Made by a program: the position numbers and the translations under genes. DNA of 42,703 nt from the NCBI RefSeq assembly GCF_902459465.1, contig NC_047081.1, positions 11,119,298-11,162,000 of the forward strand, written 5' to 3'. Numbering within the stretch: the stretch's first letter is position 1; every line of letters starts with the position of its first letter. A model generated the notes under the pieces. The model was not told the DNA's origin. It saw nothing but the letters and a program-made list of their open reading frames with translations, and did no database searches. Below, piece after piece: positions 11,201 to 20,300 of this stretch. Source of the DNA: Asterias rubens (lineage: Eukaryota).

Positions 11201-13563
11201 TCTCCTACTTGTGGTTGATCTTCTACTTGTGGTTGATCTCCTACTTGTGGTTGATCTCCTACTTGTGGTTGATCTCCTACTTGTGGTTGATCTCCTACTT
11301 GTGGTTGATCTCCTACTTGTGGTTGATATCCAACTTGTGGTTGATCAACTAGGTCTGGTTGATCTCCTACTTGTGGTTGATATCCTACTTGTGGTTGACC
11401 TCCTACTAGTGGTTGATCTTTTCCTTGTGGTTGATCTCCTACTTGTGGTTGATATCCAACTTGTGGTTGATCAACTAGGTCTGGTTGATCTCCTACTTGT
11501 GGTTGATCTCCTACTTGTGGTTGATCTCCTACTTGTGGTTGATCTCCTACTTGTGGTTGATCTCCTACTTGTGGTTGATCTCCTACTTGTGGTTGATCTC
11601 CTACTTGTGGTTTATCTACTACTTGTGGTTGATCAACTACGTCTGGTTCATCTCCTTCTTGTGGTTGATCTACTACTTTTGGTTGATCTCCTACTTGTGG
11701 TTGATCTCCTACTTGTGGTTGATCTCCTACTTGTGGTTGATCTTCTACTTGTGGTTGATCTCCTACTTGTGGTTGATCTCCTACTTGTGGTTGATCTCCT
11801 ACTTGTGGTTGATCTACTTGTGGTTGATCTCCTAATTGTGGTTGATCTCCTACTTGTGGTTGATCTCCTACTTGTGGTTGATCTCCTAATTGTGGTTGAT
11901 CTCCTACTTGTGGTTGATCTCCTACTTGTGGTTGATCTCCTACTTGTGGTTGATCTCCTACTTGTGGTTGATCAACTACTTCTGGTTGATCTCCTTCTTG
12001 TGGTTTATCTATTACTTGTGGTTGATCAACTACGTCTGGTTGATCTCCTTCTTGTGGTTGATCAACTAGGTCTGGTTGATCTCCTACTTGTGGTTGATCT
12101 CCTACTTGTGGTTGATCTCCTACTTGTGGTTGATCATCTAAAAAAAAAAAAAAGGGGGGGTAACAAATGTTAAAAAGTCAACGAAAAGAAAATGGTGTCC
12201 TTTTATATAATTTTCCTTTTAATTGCAGAATTTAATTTTTAACACCCAATTGCGATCCTTGTTGGCAGAAATGAGTCTAATCACTTAGTCCATAAAGTTA
12301 GGGATAGGATAAATCTAATGAACAATATCAGTTAAGTGTCTTGCTCAGGAACAAAAGTGCCGCGACCAAGTTTCAACCCACTTTGACTCAGCCACCACAA
12401 CTTAAATTTTGTATGATACGTCGACCACGACACGCTGAAAAGTCCATTCATGAATCTTTTTTTTTAATACCTTAAATACCCCATGGTATGAATCCCTACT
12501 CACACTGTGAATGAAGATGTACGTAAGATAATTTACCTGTAGAAGTTTCACCTTCATTAGCCGAAAAGTTTTTAAGAAAAAAGTGAAAATCTTAAAGAAG
12601 AAAGATGAGTTTTTAAGAAAAAAGTGAAAATCACAGAGCAATATTTTCAGGAGAGTCGCCTAACCCCATTGTACATGTATGCAAAAAGTAATAGTTTTTT
12701 GTCTCACTGAGACAAAAGTTACTTTTGTGAAATTGTTTTAATCATTTCTCAAATACTACAGCACCTCAGCAAGTAATATTTCAAGGGAAGCTTTTTACCA
12801 TCATTATCTTTAAATCGTGTTGAGTTTAATGTAAATCTGTAGACATTTGTGTTTTGTATCGTACAAAAAAAAGTACCACCACCCCTAAAACTAGTTGCGA
12901 TAACGTAACCCTCCTCGCCGTCGGGACAAGGGTTACGTTATCGCAACTACCTTAAAACTAACCCTTATTAGGCTGGTATGCATGTGTGTACGTCATCAGT
13001 AGGAAATCAAGTCCCTGGCACATCACAAGATTCATTTGACTAAAGCCACAGAATAAGCTGCAAATGGAACCTTCTGACGGTTGTCCGGCTAGGATATACA
13101 GAGTGGCAAGGGTGCTCTCTTCGACCATCAGTTCATAACCTTCGACTTGAGAGTAGGTCTTGGCTGTCTGGGAGATCATGTTGAAATCGGCACATACGCG
13201 TTCTATGGTTGATCGTTCCTGGGAGAATACATTGTAATACTTTAGAGACTCCGCTTGTGGGTCTCCCTCTTTGCTGCAGGCGCTAAGTGCCAACGACTTG
13301 AACAACTTGCACACTGATTTATCAATACTCAATTCAGTGTTTGAGTTGCAAACACTGTCAAATGGAGATTTGCCTGTGGAAATCGAGGGCAGGTAGAACA
13401 CCGGTGAAGGAATTCCACATTGCTCAAGGTTAAATACATCTTTCCCATCGACCACAGGGAAAGCTTCTGTGACGTCAAGCTGCGGCGTACTCAACAGCAA
13501 GAATGACGTGCCAATTATTATGTGGCAAATGTTCATAACACTTCTTGGTCCTTTGCTGATCAT
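8223..13563 (-). CDS. TGOLN2: TGN38/TGN46 (TGOLN2)-KCT2 family type-I membrane protein, about 785 aa, 4 coding exons
   Basis: Exons 13563-12963, 12137-10744, 9546-9319 and 8357-8223 have GT-AG ends, phases 1, 0 and 0, and total 2358 nt. Domain order: signal peptide, Cys-rich domain, (DQPQVG)n, acidic stalk, SSHF + TM + YHNKQRIVAVIIEGR, then a tail with YQKL (YxxPhi). An alternative start is ATG 13536. The symbol is family-level, because the tail end also resembles KCT2/C5orf15. Confidence 0.85.
8621..8762. mobile_element. GGAGACTTT...AAAGTCTCC MITE family, copy A, inside a larger TTAA-type element starting near 8452
   Basis: Long imperfect inverted arms. It is nearly the reverse complement of 23655-23796 and similar to 28561-28699. 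Confidence 0.8.
8981..9258. mobile_element. Kolobok-type MITE with truncated left end
   Basis: Right end GTGTCCAGTGCCT|TTAA. The interior is homologous to 21339-21691. Confidence 0.7.
9790..9955. mobile_element. Interspersed repeat (AGGGCACC...GTCAGGCCTG family)
   Basis: Near-identical to 10498-10648. Diverged relatives lie at about 15125-15225, 35475-35560 (inverted) and 39305-39430. Confidence 0.7.
10230..10735 (+). mobile_element. tRNA-derived SINE with (ATT)n tail, interrupted by a second repeat at about 10498-10648
   Basis: tRNA-like head (GTGGCTGAGCGGTTAAG...TTCGAATCCC), conserved core (CCACCCAGGGGGTAAATGAGTACC) and tail AAGCGCTATATAAA...(ATT)n. An uninterrupted inverted copy lies at about 25690-25970. 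Inverted fragments lie at about 9970-10205, 12270-12400 and 16520-16620. Confidence 0.75.
10897..12135 (-). repeat. Coding 18-bp minisatellite: 69 units encoding DQPQVG-type hexapeptides (one 15-bp unit)
   Basis: Minus-strand consensus GATCAACCACAAGTAGGA. Length is 1239 nt = 68x18 + 15, and the frame is open throughout. Confidence 0.97.
12892..12949. repeat. Perfect 21-bp inverted repeat with 16-nt loop (hairpin mini-element)
   Basis: TAGTTGCGATAACGTAACCCT (12892-12912) and AGGGTTACGTTATCGCAACTA (12929-12949). Confidence 0.9.
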
Positions 13564-13639
13564 GATGGATGATGATGAGAATACCCAATGATGAAGATGC
13601 TGGACTGGTGGTAGTTTGTCCAATTTCAGTCAGCCTGGA

Positions 13640-14309
13640 AACGTAATCACAAGTCCTTGCGAGACTTCTTATTTACTTGATTTTTTATAGTTCCTTTTGA
13701 CAGTCTGAGTTACTGCTTACTTTATTGAAGGCAAGACAAGTTGAAGGGGTAGCAATACACAACAACAAAATCACATCCCTACTAATTTAATACATGTACA
13801 TCAAAGATCCATCCAAAGATCAAGGACAAATCGTGTTTTGTCCAACTCTAAAAAGTTTAGTAGCTGGGAAAGTTCCGCGGCCTACCACCACACTGCACAA
13901 CACACTCTTTGTTTTGATGATGTCACTGCCTGATGACCACACTGCTCACAAGTGACTCTCGCAACAGAAATCCCCTTAAACTGTTTCAAATACTACGATA
14001 ATGCCAGCAACAACTGCATCGATTTTGAAGAAGTGTGTCTTGCTTACGTGGAACGTTGCATTGCCGGCTATGCATCATTGATAAACAACAACCAAAACTC
14101 ATTGAATATAGCGAATACGCTTTGCACTTTTGTTTGGGCGGCCTCTAGCGTCAGAAACAAGCCAGGCCGGAAATTGTGTTTGGGGACATGTGACTGCTCA
14201 TGTGACTTTTTCGGGTGTTCGGCAAGTCCATGAACAACAATAAATCTTGTTCGTTGTTGACTCTCCAACTTAACAAGAGTTAAGCTCAAGAAGAGTGACA
14301 ATAACACTC
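13640..14309. promoter_or_regulatory. Putative shared (divergent) promoter of the TGOLN2-like gene and MAN2B1
   Basis: The two start codons are about 750 bp apart, head-to-head. The region is relatively CpG-rich, with CCGGAA (ETS-like) near 14168, CATGTGAC at 14187-14194 and TCATGTGAC at 14198-14206. Confidence 0.55.
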
Positions 14310-17300
14310 ATGATGTTTCGGATGCCTCTCTTCACCACTTTGTCTTTCATTGCAGTTATATCTGTAGATTTTGCACAAGCAACATGCGGTTACAAGGTAA
14401 CAAAACAATACCACTACCAGTACAAAACTACAGCACTACAGACCAGACTAACTACAGACAGTACAGACTGCACAGTACAGTACATGTGCAACGAACTACA
14501 ACAAGCACTAGCACTATCAATAGAGAAGAATAGCTGATAATTTCGAGATTTAGAAGTATAAATATATTTCTAACTTTAGAATTAGATTTAGAATTTAGAA
14601 TTAGAATCATCACTGCCAGTGATGAGATCGATGTTAAAAGCGGAGCCATTAACAGCTCAACAAGGTGGGCTACAATGTCTAATGAATCCTACCATATCAC
14701 TCAAAACACTATTGAGGAAATAATTTGAAGAAAAGGGACAAAAACTTACCAGATCCCCGAGTGAAAGAGTAAAAAATGTTCCAGGTTGAAAATTCGAATC
14801 TTTTTTGGTTGAACTAAACCATTCTGTAAAAGGGGTGTTACAAGGCAGGGTCCTAGGAGATCATGATGGAAGGCGAGACATTGTTCATATAGTTTGTAAA
14901 AATAATATTAAACATTTGATTGTAGAGCTGTCCAGCCACTGTGCCCGGCATGCTGAATGTTCATCTTGTTCCTCACACCCACGATGACGTCGGATGGCTC
15001 AAGACCGTTGACCAGTATTATTATGGAGGTATGTAGAAAATGTCTCACTAAATCATGGTTTAAAGTGATGTTTTCTTGTCTACCATTAACGGAAGCAATC
15101 ATACTTAAACATGCCTTGAACTCGTTCTTGAAGGGTCAAAGCAAGTTCCCTCTGGTAAAGGTGCACTTCTATGAGGAAAATGTAAACTTGTCTGGAAACC
15201 TTGCACAGGGCACCACAGCAATGGGATACTTTTGAGACGCTGGTGGCAGCAGACATAATGGTCCCCTAAGGTGAACATAGACCTTTTCGCAAAAACCATT
15301 GCGCAAGCGCAGACTTATGAATGAGGTGCATTTTGGGATAGATATGGATCAAATTTGATCACCGGCTAGACCACAATGCACCTAATTCCAAGCTTTACGC
15401 GCGCACCCCAGTATTTGCGAAAAGGTCTATGCACAGTACTGCTCACACAGGTCTGAGCATGTGCACTACTGGCGAGAACTGTAAAAAAGGACAGTCCAAA
15501 TGTTTCCCCCTTGTGTGGGTTAATTCAATGTCATGGCCTGGGATTTGAAGCAGCCACCTTAGCCACCTTGAGTCTGTTGCACAAGATCACCATGGCCCAA
15601 TTTCATAGAGCTGCCTAGCACAAAAAGTAGCTAAGCACAACAAAATTATGCTTACCAGAGTATGGTCACCAACCAAATTGCAATCTTTGACTATTATCCT
15701 GCTAATTTTTGCTTCGCAGAAAATTGTTAAGCAATATTTTCTGCTTTTATAAGCAGCTCTTTGAATTTGGGCCCTAGCCACGATACGCCATCTTTTAGGG
15801 GGTACTTATTTGTTGATTTTGTTAATTATTTACAGACCGGAATGACATCCAACATGCAGGGGTTCAATACATTCTTGACACAGTCGTGTCCGAGTTGTTA
15901 AAGGACCCAGAAAAACGTTTCATCTATGTTGAAATTGCTTTCTTCGAGCGATGGTGGAACGAGCAAACGGACAAGATGAAGGGCCTTGTCAAACAACTTG
16001 TTAATGAAGGTAAATAGGATTTGAAACTTTACATGGTGGAAGCATAACTAAGAGAGGTTTGCGGTAACACCACATGAATAGCTCTTTTTGAGTAGTATTG
16101 ATTCTGAAAAAGAGCTGGTGATTAAAGAGTCGTTAACCACAATCCAGCTCCTCAGCTGCGAATAAGGATCATGAGCTTCCCAAAGTATTATAATTATTAT
16201 TATTATACCCAAAGAGCAAAAGTTGCTTGTCAATGCTAATGAAATATTTCACCATCGCCGTACTTTTCAGGGAGATTGGAGTTTGTCAACGGGGGATGGT
16301 GCATGAATGATGAAGCTGCGACTCACTACAACGCCATCATTGATCAGATGACCATCGGCTTACGATTCCTCAAGGAGACGTTTGGCGACTGCGCAAAGCC
16401 ACGGACAGCATGGCAGATTGACCCCTTCGGACACTCGAGGGAGTATGCCTCTCTCGTGGCCCAGGTAAATTAGAACTTCAGACAATGCCCTTCAATTAAA
16501 GGTGGAGTGAAGCAATTATAGTACAAGTATAGTACATGACTGGGATTCGAACCCACGCTCTGCTGAACAGAAACACCAGAGCTTGAGTTCGGTGCGCTTA
16601 TCCGCTTCGCCACAACACCCTATTCTATTATTTAGAATGGGCGCTTTATAAATCCATTTATTTTTATTTTTATTATTATTATTATTATGGTTATTTTCTT
16701 GGACACACAGATGGGATTTGACAGTCTGTACTTTGCTCGACTGGACTACGTCGATAAGGCAACGAGAATTGCAAAGGACAGGATGGAGCAAGTGTGGCAT
16801 ACATCACAGAGTCTTGGCAGTACCTCGGACCTGTTCTTCGGGGCATTGTTTGCCCACTATGGCCCGCCCAAAGGCTTCTGCTTCGATACCTCCTGCAATG
16901 ACCCCCCCATCATGGTACGGCACCCAAAATCAGTAAATCTCGCCTTGCTTGGCCTGCAGTTTAAGTCAATGAGAGACCAGCTTTTCGCGGGACTTTCTTG
17001 ACTAAGTGCTGCAAGCTTTGCCTAGTCATGGTTTTCCTCTTTGTTTTTTAATTCATTCCCGTTGTTGATTTTTCCTGTCATTCTCTGAGTGCTTTGCAAC
17101 CTTAAGAAAAGGCGCTATATATTATATAAGGCGCTGTTATTTTTAAAAACTATCCACACAAATCACCAAGATACAATAAAACTTACCTGTCGAAATTTCA
17201 TTTTAAAAGGTGGTCATGCTCTTGAGATATCGCCGCAAATCCAGCGCGGATATTCCCGTAATTGGAAAACACAAACTTAAAAAACGTTTCATCGTATTTA

Positions 17301-20300
17301 GTGCCCAATACCGAACTGTGTAAGGGTAACAGTTGCTATGTGGTGATGAATATCTATCGGATAGGTCTTATGCAAAAGCTTAGACCACAGTTTGCTTTCT
17401 TTTCTTTCAATAAAATGTTTATTCCATACTCTTTTAGAAAAAGAAAAAACAAAAGTTGAAATTCAACGAATCTAAAGTGCATTAAATTATACATAAACAA
17501 TATAATCTAAAAGCAAATAATAAATTAATAACTAGGAATTAGCTATGTATCTTATAGGTATTAATTATGTTAAATTTGCATCGGGGGCAAAGAATATTCA
17601 TTTCGATTTTACCCATATACACCGATGTGTGTTAGCGCTGTATACTCTGTACTTTCCCGAGCTCTGTGATAAAAATCACAGGCACATTACTTGGGGATTG
17701 GCACCAACGATCTTTGCATCTAGAGCAGTGTCATACCAAGTAGATGTAGGTGTTCTCTTTTGTATTTAATTAATTTTCTTGAATCTTCCCGAACCTTAAA
17801 GGAACACGTTGCCTTGGATCGGTCGAGTTGGTCTTTGAAAAGCGTTCTGTAACCATTTTCTACTTTTAAAACATCTTTCTCACGATATGCATTTCATAAC
17901 AAACGGTTTCAAACGCTTTTAATAGACCAACTCGTCCGATCCAAGGCAACGTGTTCCTTTTAAAACCAACCTGTCAAAAGTGGCTGTTATATTGTTTTTG
18001 AATTCTCTGTTTATATTTACAGGATGATCCCAATATGTTTGACTACAATGTAGATGAGAGAGTTGCTCTGTTTGTAAAACTTGCCAAAGAACAGGTAAGG
18101 GGTCTTGTCAAAAAATCAATTAAATTCTATTCAATTCACATTCACAAATACCATTATATGCAAACCTGTGGACCTTTATATTTTTGTGCTGACCAATGTT
18201 TTGCAACATCCTTTAATTAAAGTTGTGCAATGTTTTTATTGTTTCATTTCATTTCATTTATTCTGTTTATGAAGCCAAGGACTTTCAGGAAAGTGACCTT
18301 AATCACTGGGAATGTATTGTATTACCCAATAACCCTAGCCCTAACCCAAGACAAGTAGGGAGGTTTGAGTTTTGGTTGTGGGAGGAAAACCCCAGAGAAT
18401 TATTCCAGGGAGAACCCTCGCAGTCAAGTAGGGACTTAAAACCCAATCCACATAGTGTCACTAGTGTGATTAGAGCCGGTGTTCTAAAGGGGGTAAGCCA
18501 GGGTACTCGCGGCTGTATTTTTGTCTGGCTACGTCACCCGGAAAACTGAACACGCCGGAAAGCTTAAACCGTTCCAACAACGTGGTGAAATGTCCGGCTA
18601 CGTCACCCGGAAAAATGAACACGGCGGAAGACTGAAACCGCCACCCCGGTGTTCTAAAGGTGGTAAGTCAGGAAATAATACCACTACGCCAACCACCCAA
18701 TGGCAATTCATTTTGGGATAGCTACTTTTAACAGAAATATTTTCTGCACTTTTTCAGAACGCTACGTACAGAACAAACCACATTATGTTCACCATGGGGT
18801 CGGACTTCCAGTACAGCAATGCACACATGTGGTACGAGAATTTGGACAAACTTATCAAATACGTCAACGCCAAGGTGAGGAATCAACACTAATCAGCTAT
18901 TGCTTAAGCACTCGTTGTTTCAGGCTAGGACCCAATAATGGAGCTGCTTAAGCAGAAAATACGGCTTAATTCCTGCGGAGTAAAAATCATAATGATAAAG
19001 TTTTGACAATACATGTTTGAGATGTCGGCTCATAAATTGCTAGCCTGTTGGGCCACTTTTTTAAAAGCCTAAGTGCAAGGCCTGGCTAGGGTCTTCACTA
19101 AAAAGTCAGTTTGAAGCCTGAATGATGTAGATATTTACTAAATCACTGTGCAACTGCAACTCAAATGTTGCTCGTTAAGGTCAAAGAGATTTTAATAATA
19201 ATAAAATCATTATTTTTTGTTGTTCTGATGCACGCAGCAAAACGAAACAGGTGTGCATGCTTTGTACTCGACCCCATCATGTTACACAAAAAATGTCAAT
19301 CAAGTCGCCAAGAACTGGACCACAAAAAGTGACGACTTCTTCCCCTATGCTGATCACCCGCATGCTTTCTGGACTGGGTACTTCGTCAGTCGGTCAGCAC
19401 TCAAGGGTTACGTCCGAGAAACCAACACCCTTCTTCAGGTACCATGACAATTTTCATACAAGAATGTTTGACCTGAGAGCATTCTTACCCCGATGCAGTT
19501 ATTTTCTGAGTTCCGAATCTCTCGTTTACATTGCCGATGTGAAAAGGAGCCACAGACAACAAATATTTCTGTCAAAAATATCACTGCTTATATCGATTAA
19601 TTGACAATAGTGTACAGTTATGATCACTGCCCACAAAGATGCCCAAGTATGACGCCAACTGGGAACAATCTTTTTGTGTTGATAGTCTAATCCCTTAGCA
19701 CAGCCAAAGAATTGCAATGTTTAATTTTAAATTCTTGAATAATGCCATGCAAAATGAATGCCTAAACTGGAACTAGGACAAGATTTGTGATTTTTTTCCC
19801 TGAGGAGTTAAAATATTTATCCACAGTTCTGAAACCAAAAACTTACTGCACAGTTTTTAGACAATTTCTGTTTTACTTTCAGATTTGTAAACAGTTAGAA
19901 GTTTGGGGATCAGTGCTTCCTGGTTTAAAACTCCAAACAAACTCAGATTATCTAAGTAAGTACAATGGACCTTTCCCATGAAATATGCTAATTACATTCA
20001 CGCATGCGTACAGACCCTGTTGGTTGGCAAACGCCATAGAGTTGTGCACTAAGCAGAAGCGCAATCGCGTCTGCGTTACGCACCCCTTAGCCGTGTACAA
20101 AACAGCGCAATGTTCCCTCATTTTGCCAACCAAAACGTTAGTGCGCACGCGCTATGTGCAATTTACATATTTCATGGGAAGGGTCTATTCTAAGTAGGTA
20201 AGGTTTGCAGTGAAACAATGGAAAAATCTCTTTTGTGGGTAGTGGTGACTCTGGGAAGAGCTTGACGTTTCGATCAGTGTGCTCTAACTGTCTTATGGAG

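Noticed and set aside
10897-12135. CRISPR-like appearance of the regular array
   Set aside because: The units are contiguous with no unique spacers, there are no cas genes, and the array is a eukaryotic coding minisatellite.
10848-12173. 441-aa plus-strand ORF of (VVDLLL)n and the (ISYLWL)n ORFs
   Set aside because: These are antisense shadows of the 18-bp repeat. The minus-strand DQPQVG frame has proper splice sites and is in phase with both flanking exons.
13952-14307. ORFs 13952-14233 (+) and 14068-14307 (-) between the divergent genes
   Set aside because: They have no recognisable motifs or clear splice context and are probably chance ORFs in promoter or UTR sequence.
18521-18721. ORF with a duplicated MSGYVTRK peptide
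   Set aside because: It reflects the 69-bp DNA repeat inside MAN2B1 intron 6 and has no flanking splice signals.
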